39,841 nucleotides of DNA from Bacteroidales bacterium (GCA_030526445.1 JAUNCV010000001.1:1-39841), one strand, 5' to 3'; positions 15,120 to 23,729 are shown, counted from the stretch's first letter. Numbers and translations: made by a program. Notes: generated from the letters alone by a model not told the origin.

Positions 15120-17852
15120 TTATCCCTTGCGTTTAACCAGCTCGTTGGGGTTTTCGCCAAAGAACTCTTTGTAACATTTGGTGAAGTAGCTGGGAGCGGT
15201 GAAGCCCACGGCATAGGCCACTTCGGCAATGGTATCGTCGCTCTGTGCCAATAGCTGCTGGGCTCGCTTGAGGCGGGTGTTGCGAATCAACTCGACTGGG
15301 GAATAGTTGGTCAAAGTCTTGCACTTACGGTAGAGTTGTGCACGGCTCATACCTATCTCCTCGCCCAATTGCTCTACGCCAAAGTCGGCATCGGAAAGAT
15401 GAGCATCGATGCATTTGCGCACACGTTCCATAAACTTGTCGTCGAGGCTGGAAGAGGGAGATGAAGTTATGTCGCTTCGCTTGTTAAGAGGTGAAGGAGT
15501 TTTATTCCCTTCGCCAAAGAAATCGCGAACGCGGTCATGGTTCTTAATCAATGTCTCGATCTGTGCCCTCAGCACATCCACATTGAATGGCTTGGCAACG
15601 TAGGCGTCTGCACCTTCGTGCAAGCCCTGAATGCGTTGCTCATCGAGCGAGCAGGCTGTAAGCATCAGTACCGGAATGTGACAGGTGTTGACTTCGTTCT
15701 TGAGGCGATGGCAACATTCCATGCCATCCATACCGGGCATCATCACATCGCATATTATCAAATTGGGGACAAGGCGCATGGCCTTCGAGATGCCCTCTTG
15801 CCCATTGCTGGCGGTAAAGACATGATAGGAGTCGGCCAAAAGAGATGAGAGCATCTGGCGGATGTCGGGATTATCGTCGATTACGAGCAACACCGGCTTA
15901 GGATCGTCTTCAGCCACTTCGTACTCTTGGCCGAAGGTATCAAGTTCGGTCTCTACTTGCTGGGTCGAAATCTTGGCTATCGGAGTTATGGTTTCGGCCG
16001 ATGTATCAGGATTTCTTGCCGGCAGTGTTACGGTGATAACGGTTCCGGTTCCTTCGGGCTGATTGCCAACCTCGATAGTGCCCTCGTGTAGTTCAACAAA
16101 GTTCTTAACTAGAGCCAATCCTAGGCCAGAACCATCGTGATGGAGGGAGTCGATTTGATAGAAACTATCGAAAATCTTCTGTATATGTTCGTTGTTGATG
16201 CCTGGGCCGGTATCGGCAATCGTGAGCACGAAAACAGGAGTGTTGGTATGCTGTTTTGTCAACGAGATGGAAATCTTACCATTTTCAGGTGTAAACTTGA
16301 AAGCATTACCTACGATATTATAAAAAACACGCTCCAGTTTGGCCGCATCGCCTTGGGTGAGGAATGGATTTTCATCTTCCATGCCTAATTCCTCACTTTT
16401 TACGTCTAATTCCAGTTTGATGTGTTTTTTGTGCGCCAGTCCATTGAATGATGCAAACCATGTCTCCACCTCTTGTTTGAGGTCGAGGTTTTGGAGGTTG
16501 AGTTCCATCTTGCCGCTCTCCATCTTGCGGAAGTCGAGAATCTGGTTGATGAGGCGCAGTAAGACCTGAGTGTTTTTATTGGCAATATTGAGCAACTGCA
16601 GTTGGTGAGGTTCTTTCACTTCGGTTAGCAACTTTTCAAGAGGTGCTGCGATGAGAGTGAGTGGGGTGCGAAAATCGTGGCTCACATTGGTGAAGAACGA
16701 TAGCTTGGCCTTCGTTGCCTCTTCGAGTTGGCTTTGTGCCAGGTGTTTGGCCTTGAGTTGTCGCATCAGGGCCATATACATCAATATAAATATGAAGAGG
16801 AAGACGAGAAGCGAATAGAGCAAGGTACGCTCCAAATTGTGCTGTTCCCAATAACGATCTACTTCGCTTTTCAGCATCTGTACTGCCTCGACCTGATGAG
16901 CCACTTCGGTTGCCACATTGTTCAGAAGTGGCGCACTTTCGGCATTGACCAAGTATGTGTCGAGGGCAATATTTCTTTCGAATGGTTTGCCTTGGAGAAT
17001 CTTGGCTGCGGTCTGAATAATGATGTCGCCACCCGTGGCATATACGGCAGAGGCATCTATTCTGCCCTGCGTAATGGCCTCGACGCCATTGCCTGTACCA
17101 GTCAGAGCATCGACACCCATGATGGGTATCAGATTGCCAGGAAAGTGTTTTTCCAAGGCGATGTCAGCACCCATAGCCATCTGGTCGTTTTGAGCAAGAA
17201 TAATTTGGATGTCGGGATGAAGGTTAAGAATCGAATCAACAACAGTCTCGCTTTGTTCTTTCAACCAATTGCCTCGGCATTGTATAATTTCATAGTGAAT
17301 GCCACTCTCTTCAATTTCTTCCATTAATCCTTGGTGCCTAAGAGTGGCAGGTGTTGAACCGTCTAATCCTAATATTTCTAGTACTTTGCCACCTTGTGGT
17401 AGTTGCTGATGCAAATAAAGCCCCATTTGGTGGCCTACAACAAGATTGTCACCGCCTATGAAGGCTGTGTATTTCTCGTTGGTCATCTTTCGGTCTGCCA
17501 CAATGACAGGAATGCCTGCGTCGAAGGCTTGGCTCATCACAGGAGTGAGTTTTGCAGCCTCGCGAGGTGAAACAATCAGCAAATCGACCTTTTTTTCGAT
17601 AAAATATTCAATGTCCGAAACTTGCCTGTCGTTATCATCATCGGCCGAACGCACTTCCATCTCCATTTCGGGATGGAAAAGCAGTTCGCGCTTCATTTCT
17701 TCGTTAAGTTTAGTACGCCAGGCATCGTTGCTGCATTGCGATACGCCTATATGATAGCGCACAGCCCCCTGTCCGTCGCAAGCAGCGAGGAACAGGAGGC
17801 TGAGAAATAAGGGAATATATAGGGACAGTTTCCTATAAAAGGTTGTTATCAT
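15120..17852 (-). CDS. Hybrid two-component system sensor kinase/response regulator with a periplasmic-binding-protein sensor (PBP-TM-HisKA-HATPase-REC-AraC HTH, 910 aa)
   Basis: PBP domain (YHIGVSQCSNDAWRTKLNEEMKRE, IPVIVADRK, AFIGGDNLVVGHQ). TM helix LLYSLLVFLFIFILMYMALM. H-box KLSFFTNVSHDFRTPLT. ATPase boxes (GNAFKFTP, DTGPGI, GSGLGLALV). Receiver (PVLLVIDDNPD, LIICDVMMPGMDG, VLMLTA, YVAKPF). AraC HTH (MSRAQLYRKCKTLTNYSPVELIRNTRLKRAQQLL). This matches the architecture known for monosaccharide-sensing HTCS such as B. thetaiotaomicron BT1754. Confidence 0.92.
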   Translation of the reverse strand: MITTFYRKLSLYIPLFLSLLFLAACDGQGAVRYHIGVSQCSNDAWRTKLNEEMKRELLFHPEMEMEVRSADDDNDRQVSDIEYFIEKKVDLLIVSPREAAKLTPVMSQAFDAGIPVIVADRKMTNEKYTAFIGGDNLVVGHQMGLYLHQQLPQGGKVLEILGLDGSTPATLRHQGLMEEIEESGIHYEIIQCRGNWLKEQSETVVDSILNLHPDIQIILAQNDQMAMGADIALEKHFPGNLIPIMGVDALTGTGNGVEAITQGRIDASAVYATGGDIIIQTAAKILQGKPFERNIALDTYLVNAESAPLLNNVATEVAHQVEAVQMLKSEVDRYWEQHNLERTLLYSLLVFLFIFILMYMALMRQLKAKHLAQSQLEEATKAKLSFFTNVSHDFRTPLTLIAAPLEKLLTEVKEPHQLQLLNIANKNTQVLLRLINQILDFRKMESGKMELNLQNLDLKQEVETWFASFNGLAHKKHIKLELDVKSEELGMEDENPFLTQGDAAKLERVFYNIVGNAFKFTPENGKISISLTKQHTNTPVFVLTIADTGPGINNEHIQKIFDSFYQIDSLHHDGSGLGLALVKNFVELHEGTIEVGNQPEGTGTVITVTLPARNPDTSAETITPIAKISTQQVETELDTFGQEYEVAEDDPKPVLLVIDDNPDIRQMLSSLLADSYHVFTASNGQEGISKAMRLVPNLIICDVMMPGMDGMECCHRLKNEVNTCHIPVLMLTACSLDEQRIQGLHEGADAYVAKPFNVDVLRAQIETLIKNHDRVRDFFGEGNKTPSPLNKRSDITSSPSSSLDDKFMERVRKCIDAHLSDADFGVEQLGEEIGMSRAQLYRKCKTLTNYSPVELIRNTRLKRAQQLLAQSDDTIAEVAYAVGFTAPSYFTKCYKEFFGENPNELVKRKG

Positions 17853-17887
17853 TGTGTTGAAGGTAGGTAGGAATGAGTATGCAAGGG

Positions 17888-18703
17888 TTATTCTATGTCA
17901 GTAGGTGATTCAAGAGCTTGCTGTCGGGCCAATGCAATGTTGATCTTGGCTTGGACGAGTGCTTTCTTCATCTCTTCAGCATTTGAAGCCTTGAGTCCGA
18001 TGAGTGGGTCAATTATTTTGAACATGGCAGCAGCAGAACTGCTCTGAGACCTCAAAGCTTTGAGACCCTCAACAGAGAGTTCGAAATGGCGGCTGATAGC
18101 AGCAGCGGTTTCGTCGTCGATATGCTTCATATAGAGGTTCGGGTTGTTCGAAACAACGTAAAGAACCTCGATGCCCATAGAGGTTGTTGCCTCATAGAAA
18201 TAATCCATGCGGTTATTTTCTTTCATCAAATCATAGAAATCCTGGAAGGTTTTTACCGAAAGAGCGGTTGCGTTATCCTCCTGCTTCAATTCTTGGATGT
18301 TTTTGATGAAGAGATCATTTTTCATGGTCTCAAAAATTCTGTTCATATCTCCAAGTTCGTTTACGTCATAGAGATTTCTGACGCGAGAGTCAACAATCAT
18401 CATACCCCAGGCTCTGTACTTCTGCGAGAGGGAGACTAAGTCCTTGATGTCATCGGCGCTAAGCAGATAATCAGGCTTAACCAATTTCTCGGCATCAGTG
18501 AGGAAATGATCAGGATTATGGAAGAGTTTCTTGATTTCTTTCTTTTCTGTTATTTCGCAAAGCAAGCCTGCCAGGCTATCAACTTGGCATGCTACTTCTT
18601 CTTCAAGTTTCTCAACTTCGATGACAGGTTTGTCGGTTTTCTTGGTGTTGCATGATGAAAGCAGCATAAGAACGGTTGCAGCAGCTACAAAAAAATGTTT
18701 CAT
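17888..18703 (-). CDS. Hypothetical lipoprotein (271 aa), paralog of 21843..22667
   Basis: Lipobox MKHFFVAAATVLMLLSSCNTKK. Blocks shared with the 274-aa lipoprotein: LTDAEKLVKPDYLL vs LSDAQKKVLPDYLV, SLSQKYRAWGMM vs SLSLKYRAMVVF, ENNRMDYFYEATTSMGIEVLYVVSNN vs ENGRANYFWEAAATSIIEQLYILGRN. I do not recognise a family. Confidence 0.7.
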   Translation of the reverse strand: MKHFFVAAATVLMLLSSCNTKKTDKPVIEVEKLEEEVACQVDSLAGLLCEITEKKEIKKLFHNPDHFLTDAEKLVKPDYLLSADDIKDLVSLSQKYRAWGMMIVDSRVRNLYDVNELGDMNRIFETMKNDLFIKNIQELKQEDNATALSVKTFQDFYDLMKENNRMDYFYEATTSMGIEVLYVVSNNPNLYMKHIDDETAAAISRHFELSVEGLKALRSQSSSAAAMFKIIDPLIGLKASNAEEMKKALVQAKINIALARQQALESPTDIE

Positions 18704-18743
18704 GATTTATAAATTTTGAAGAAAATACATCAATGTTTTGCTG

Positions 18744-18751
18744 CAAAAGTA
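18744..18751 (-). promoter_or_regulatory. Bacteroidota -7 promoter box (TActTTTG) for the lipoprotein at 18703 (and possibly the HTCS downstream)
   Basis: Matches TAnnTTTG on the minus strand, 41 nt upstream of the ATG. Confidence 0.55.
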
Positions 18752-18834
18752 TGACTTTTTTTTTGTTTAGCCAAATAATTGCGCCATAATTGCAGAATAT
18801 CCGTCGATAATTTTTAGAAATGACGATAAATGCC

Positions 18835-18842
18835 TATATTTG
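18835..18842 (+). promoter_or_regulatory. Bacteroidota -7 promoter box (TAtaTTTG) for the ABCG-like gene
   Basis: Matches TAnnTTTG on the plus strand, 23 nt upstream of ATG 18865. The extended 13-mer TTATATTTGCGCG also occurs at the pta promoter. Confidence 0.55.
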
Positions 18843-18864
18843 CGCGTGGGTATTTATAAGTGAC

Positions 18865-21786
18865 ATGGTAACAGATCTTACATTATCAAGCTTGATTAAT
18901 CTGTTTGCTCTTTTCTGCTCTACTAGCAAACTTGATGCAGAAAAGGCAAAAACACTTATATCTATCTACTTGACTCGTCACTTTGGTATTCGTAACAAAG
19001 AGGATTATGAGGGCATGTTTCTTGATTTGCTCGAAGTCTATTCTTTGTCGCCCAAACTGGACAAAGAGGCGATTGTTTCGGATATCTGTGCCAATCTGAA
19101 AGGTTCGATAAGCGTAACAGAGGCACCCTCGCTTTTGCTTCGCCTCATGGAGTTTTGCTCCCATTCAGAAGCCTTCGATGATAACATCTCCATCTTTTCA
19201 ATGATGGCTAAACAGCTCCACATTTCTGAAAAGATAGTGGAGGAATTTTATCATTATGTGAGGGGTGAGAATACAAAGCTTGTCCGACTTCACACTATTG
19301 AAGGTCTAGATGGAGAAATCAGAACTCTCTACCTGAAGAAGTACAACTTGATGGTGTTTACCTATGTAGGCTTCGATGTTGTCTTTATGAACGATGTGCC
19401 TGTGACGCAAGGAATGTTTCAGGTATGGGAACAGAGCGGCATTCTGAAGAGTTTATCGGGTAGTCCTATCTACTACAGTACAGTGCTGGCCCCTTACTTG
19501 GAAGGCAAGTCGAAACAAAAGGTTACTTTCTCTGCTCGTGACGTGCAGTTCCGTTTCCCTAATTCGGAAAATGGTATTCACGATTTGAGCTTTGATCTTA
19601 ACAGTGGCGAGTTACTCGCCATTATGGGCGGTTCTGGAGCCGGCAAAACCACAATGCTGACTTTGCTTAATGGTACCCTCAAACCTCAGAGCGGAAGTAT
19701 CACAATCAATGGACATGATATTTCGGAGCCTGCAGCCAAGGAGTTGATAGGTTTTGTACCACAAGATGATCTTTTGATCGAGGAGTTGACCGTATATCAA
19801 AATCTCTGGTACACTGCAAAACTCTGCTTTGCTGGCATGTCAGACCAAGAGCTTGATGCTCGTGTCATGAAAGTGCTCACAGAGCTCGGACTTGATGCGG
19901 CCAAAGACTTGAAAGTGGGTTCGGCCATCAATAAATTTATCTCAGGAGGTCAGCGCAAGCGCCTTAACATCGCTCTTGAATTGATACGCGAACCTGCAGT
20001 TCTCTTCCTCGATGAACCAACTTCGGGCCTCTCTTCGACCGACACGGAGCGTGTTATTCATCTTTTGAAGGAACAGACCTACAAAGGCAAGTTGATCGTG
20101 GTCAATATCCATCAGCCGAGCAGTGATGTTTATAAGCTCTTTGACCGGTTGTGGTTGCTTGACCGTGGCGGATATCCAGTATTTGACGGCAATCCAATTG
20201 AGGCTATCACCTATTTTAAGGGTGCGGCTAATTATGCCGATGCTGATACCAGTATGTGTCCGGTATGTGGTAATGTCAATCCGGAGGTGGTGCTCAACAT
20301 TATCGACCAAAAGGCTTTTGATAAGTCGGGACATCTTTCTGCCAAACGCAAGGTTTCGCCTCAGGAGTGGCATCAGTTGTATCTGGATAATCGACCTGAG
20401 ATGGACCCAGTGCAGGAAGTGGCTATTCCACATTCTGATCAAAAGAAACCGGGAGCTTTCCGCCAGTTCCTGATTCAACTGGAGCGCAATGTGATGACCA
20501 AAATCACCAATCGACAATATCTATTTATCACATTGCTTGTAACTCCAGTGTTGGCGCTCATTTGTGGATTCCTCACCCGATATGCACCTGAAAGTGGCTA
20601 TACGGTGATGGAGAACAAGAACCTTGTGTCGTTTTTGTTCATGGCAATCATTGTTGTCATCTTTGTGGGCATGAGTGGTTCGGCCGAAGAGATTATCAAG
20701 GACCGTGCACTCTTGAAGCGAGAAAAGTTCTTGCATCTCTCGTATGGAAGTTATATTTCGAGCAAAGTAGTATTGTTGGCATTTGTCTCCTTGCTACAGA
20801 CTCTCTGTTTTGTCTTGGTAGGTCAGGTGATGATGTCATTTTATGATATGACATGGGTATGGTGGCTCATACTCTTTGTCTCGGCGTTTCTGGCCAATCT
20901 GACTGGTTTGCTACTTTCGCAGTGCCTCAGTTCGGTGGTGGCAATTTATATTACCATACCTTTGCTGCTCATTCCGCAGATTTTGCTTTGTGGTCTTGTG
21001 GTCGATTTCAGCGACCTTGATGGTAAAAGCACAACTGGTAATGTGCCAGCTATTGGCAATATGATTCCGTCGCGATGGGCTTTCGAGGCTATGGCCGTGA
21101 CCACATTCACTAACAATGCCTACGAAGCAAACTTCTATGAATATGACCAGCTGAAGTACGAAAATCAGTACTACCGTGGTGCTGTGCTATGGGAGTTGCA
21201 GTCTCAGCTCGAAACTCTGGAAGATGAACGACAGAAAGGTAAGCCAATGAAACCAAGTCATCTTCAGGTTATCAGCAATGAGCTTCCTGTGCTTGCGTCT
21301 TATGCGGAGGTTGAACCATATAAGGAATCATTGAAATTTGAAGAATATGATTCGGCTATGTATGTTTCAATCAAAGATTATCTTTCGGACATTGAAACCT
21401 TACTGCAGAAACGAAGTAATAGTAACACCCTTTATGCTGACCGTGTATTAACCAAAATGCGAGATGCAATGGGAGGAGACGCTTTCCGTCATTTGCGCGA
21501 AAGTCACGTCAATCGTAAACTTGAAGATGTGGTGATAAATTACATGGCGGGCGAGACTCATACTGTGGTAGGTGGCCATATTGTGCCTCGCATGGGTTTT
21601 GTTTATCTTACGCCTCGCAGCAAGAATGGCATGGCGCCATTCTACAGTCCGGTTAAGTGTGTGGGTGATTTACAGATACCCACATTGTGGTTTAACATAG
21701 GCATCCTCGCCCTTATGGGCATTGTTGTGCTCATTATGCTTTATACCGACTTCCCCGGCCGGAAATTGCAGAAGAGCGAGAAATAA
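18865..21786 (+). CDS. ABCG/White-like fused ABC transporter (N-terminal about 250-aa unknown region, NBD, ABC-2 type TMD with a large TM5-TM6 insert; 973 aa)
   Basis: Walker A GGSGAGKTTML, signature ISGGQRKRLNIALELI, Walker B VLFLDEPTSGLS, and the ABCG-like NIHQPSSDVYKLFDRLWLLDRGGYPVFDG. Five hydrophobic helices follow, then about 230 polar residues, then a final helix (LWFNIGILALMGIVVLIMLY). I prefer the start at ATG 18865 because the TAtaTTTG box at 18835-18842 lies downstream of the track's ATG at 18820. Confidence 0.85.
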   Translation: MVTDLTLSSLINLFALFCSTSKLDAEKAKTLISIYLTRHFGIRNKEDYEGMFLDLLEVYSLSPKLDKEAIVSDICANLKGSISVTEAPSLLLRLMEFCSHSEAFDDNISIFSMMAKQLHISEKIVEEFYHYVRGENTKLVRLHTIEGLDGEIRTLYLKKYNLMVFTYVGFDVVFMNDVPVTQGMFQVWEQSGILKSLSGSPIYYSTVLAPYLEGKSKQKVTFSARDVQFRFPNSENGIHDLSFDLNSGELLAIMGGSGAGKTTMLTLLNGTLKPQSGSITINGHDISEPAAKELIGFVPQDDLLIEELTVYQNLWYTAKLCFAGMSDQELDARVMKVLTELGLDAAKDLKVGSAINKFISGGQRKRLNIALELIREPAVLFLDEPTSGLSSTDTERVIHLLKEQTYKGKLIVVNIHQPSSDVYKLFDRLWLLDRGGYPVFDGNPIEAITYFKGAANYADADTSMCPVCGNVNPEVVLNIIDQKAFDKSGHLSAKRKVSPQEWHQLYLDNRPEMDPVQEVAIPHSDQKKPGAFRQFLIQLERNVMTKITNRQYLFITLLVTPVLALICGFLTRYAPESGYTVMENKNLVSFLFMAIIVVIFVGMSGSAEEIIKDRALLKREKFLHLSYGSYISSKVVLLAFVSLLQTLCFVLVGQVMMSFYDMTWVWWLILFVSAFLANLTGLLLSQCLSSVVAIYITIPLLLIPQILLCGLVVDFSDLDGKSTTGNVPAIGNMIPSRWAFEAMAVTTFTNNAYEANFYEYDQLKYENQYYRGAVLWELQSQLETLEDERQKGKPMKPSHLQVISNELPVLASYAEVEPYKESLKFEEYDSAMYVSIKDYLSDIETLLQKRSNSNTLYADRVLTKMRDAMGGDAFRHLRESHVNRKLEDVVINYMAGETHTVVGGHIVPRMGFVYLTPRSKNGMAPFYSPVKCVGDLQIPTLWFNIGILALMGIVVLIMLYTDFPGRKLQKSEK

Positions 21787-21842
21787 AAATACAATAGAAA
21801 CATTAAAGATATCTATCAATAACAAACAAAAACAACAGAATT

Positions 21843-22667
21843 ATGAAAAAAATTGCACTTGTGCTTGCAGCTGTAGCTGCATTGGCTATGACCGCTTGTG
21901 GTGGTAAGAAGGCTGCTCAGAATGAATCAGCAGAGGCTCCACAGAGCCAGGAGAGTTTCCAGGAGCAGCAAATCAAGATGGGCATGAAGGTTCACCTCGA
22001 TAGCCTTACCAACGCTTGGCTTCGCATTGAGAAGCCAATGGCAGTGACCTACAATGCTCAGGAGGGTAAGGTTAAGCTTTCTGATGCTCAGAAGAAGGTT
22101 CTTCCTGATTACCTCGTAAATCCAGACGAGGTAATGGGTTCGCTCGAGAGCCTCTCTCTTAAGTATCGTGCAATGGTAGTGTTCGATATGGACAAAGAGG
22201 TTGCTAAGCTCTATGGCATGAATGATGTATATACTCCAGCTATCAACAAGCTTGCTGCAGAAGTTGATGATCCTGCTGTTAAGTATCTCTACAATGTTGA
22301 TGAGAAGGTAACTTATCAGGAGCGTATGAACAAGGTTTATAGCCTTGAGGAGGAGAATGGTCGTGCTAACTATTTCTGGGAGGCTGCAGCTACCTCTATC
22401 ATTGAGCAGCTTTATATTCTTGGCCGCAATCAGGAGGTTTTCCTCGCAAGCTTCACCGATCAGGATGCTGAGGACATTACTTTCTATGTAAGCCTTCTTG
22501 TTGATGCTTATGCTGATCTTGCAGAGTACAATTCAGAGCTCGCTCGTCTCTACAATGTAATTCTTCCTCTCCAGGTTCTCAACGCTATCACTGTTGATGA
22601 GCTTCGCACTCAGCTCAACCAGATTGATGCTGACATTGCAAATGCTCGCAAGGCTCTCTTTATGTAA
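21843..22667 (+). CDS. Hypothetical lipoprotein (274 aa), paralog of 17888..18703
   Basis: Lipobox MKKIALVLAAVAALAMTACGGKK. Shares blocks with the 271-aa lipoprotein (see that feature). Lies 56 nt downstream of the ABC gene, behind a C/A-rich leader. Confidence 0.7.
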   Translation: MKKIALVLAAVAALAMTACGGKKAAQNESAEAPQSQESFQEQQIKMGMKVHLDSLTNAWLRIEKPMAVTYNAQEGKVKLSDAQKKVLPDYLVNPDEVMGSLESLSLKYRAMVVFDMDKEVAKLYGMNDVYTPAINKLAAEVDDPAVKYLYNVDEKVTYQERMNKVYSLEEENGRANYFWEAAATSIIEQLYILGRNQEVFLASFTDQDAEDITFYVSLLVDAYADLAEYNSELARLYNVILPLQVLNAITVDELRTQLNQIDADIANARKALFM

Positions 22668-22689
22668 TTCTATACATTATATATATAAT

Positions 22690-22720
22690 AACGCCCAGAA
22701 CAAATTCAGTTCTGGGCGTT
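22690..22720. terminator. Bidirectional intrinsic terminator between convergent genes (arms AACGCCCAGAAC / GTTCTGGGCGTT, 7-nt loop)
   Basis: Perfect 12-bp GC-containing stem, flanked by ATATATAATA on one side and AATTTTTATT on the other. Lies between the stops at 22667 (+) and 22726 (-). Confidence 0.8.
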
Positions 22721-22725
22721 AATTT

Positions 22726-23727
22726 TTATTCGATGGAGTTGAGAATTCTTTCGATGCGGGACAATTGGTCTTCAGAGAAAGGCTGGCTCTTTAATACATT
22801 TAGATTGTCTTGCATCTGGGCCACGCTGCTTGTTCCGATGATGACCGAAGAGATGGCGGAATTGCTTAGAACCCAAGCCAACGACATTTGTGCAAGCGAC
22901 TCGCCTCGCTCTTCGGCTATGGCATTGAGAGCTTTAAGTTGTTCGATGAGTTTCGGTGTCAGGCGATCGGGAGTGAGTGCTTCTTTGCGTCCCATACGGC
23001 TGTCGGCAGGAATTCCGTTCAGATATCGATTGGTGAGCAATCCTTGTTCGAGAGGCGAGAATCCTACATAGCCTACACCTGATGCTGCTGCCAGATTGAT
23101 GGCAGAATCATCGCGCTCCAATAGATTGTGCTTGCCTTGATGACAGAGACATGGCACATCACGTTCCTTTAAATAATTATAGGCAAAGGCTGCTGCATCA
23201 TCAGGATAACGCGAAATGCCTACATAGAGAGCCTTGCCTTGTCGCACAATATCGACCAATGCCTGGCAAGTTTCTTCGAGTGGCGTGTTGGGGTCAAAGC
23301 GGTGACTATAGAAAAGATCTACATAATCGAGATGCATGCGCTTTAGAGACTGGTTGAGCGACGCCATCAGATACTTTCTCGATCCCCATTCACCATAAGG
23401 TCCAGGCCACATGTCATATCCGGCTTTGGTGGTAATAAACATCTCGTCGCGATATGGATGCATAGAGCAGTCCATGAGTCGTCCAAAAGTCTCTTCAGCT
23501 GTACCATACAACGGACCATAGTTATTGGCTAAGTCATAGCAGGTAATGCCATGGTCGAAGGCATAGTGCATCATTGCTTTGCAATTCTGAAAATTGCTGA
23601 TGCTTCCGAAGTTGTGCCAGAAACCGAGTGAGAGAACAGACATCAGGACTCCGCTCTTGCCCGAACGACGGAACTGCATATTGCCATCATAGCGATTGGC
23701 AGCGGGTGAATAAATAGGTTCTATCAT
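22726..23727 (-). CDS. gpr: Aldo-keto reductase, YghZ/Gpr-like (L-glyceraldehyde 3-phosphate reductase family)
   Basis: Appears to align along its whole length with my recollection of E. coli YghZ: MQFRRSGKSGVLMSVLSLGFWHNFG, DLANNYGP, ISTKAGYDMWPGPYGEWGSRKYL, DLFYSHRFDPNTPLEE, GKALYVGIS, SPLEQGLLTNRYLNGIP. The track start at 23733 is a TTG, so I prefer the ATG at 23727 (MIEPIY...). Confidence 0.85.
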   Translation of the reverse strand: MIEPIYSPAANRYDGNMQFRRSGKSGVLMSVLSLGFWHNFGSISNFQNCKAMMHYAFDHGITCYDLANNYGPLYGTAEETFGRLMDCSMHPYRDEMFITTKAGYDMWPGPYGEWGSRKYLMASLNQSLKRMHLDYVDLFYSHRFDPNTPLEETCQALVDIVRQGKALYVGISRYPDDAAAFAYNYLKERDVPCLCHQGKHNLLERDDSAINLAAASGVGYVGFSPLEQGLLTNRYLNGIPADSRMGRKEALTPDRLTPKLIEQLKALNAIAEERGESLAQMSLAWVLSNSAISSVIIGTSSVAQMQDNLNVLKSQPFSEDQLSRIERILNSIE

Positions 23728-23729
23728 AA

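Noticed and set aside
18771-18800. Direct repeat ATAATTGC-N3-ATAATTGC in the divergent lipoprotein/ABC control region.
   Set aside because: It is only two 8-bp AT-rich copies, which is too short to distinguish from chance in an AT-rich promoter region. I note it only as a possible operator.
18820-18864. Upstream ATG for the ABCG-like gene (MTINAYICAWVFISD...).
   Set aside because: The best TAnnTTTG promoter box (18835-18842) lies downstream of this ATG, and the 15 extra residues have no signal or domain character. Kept only as an alternative start.
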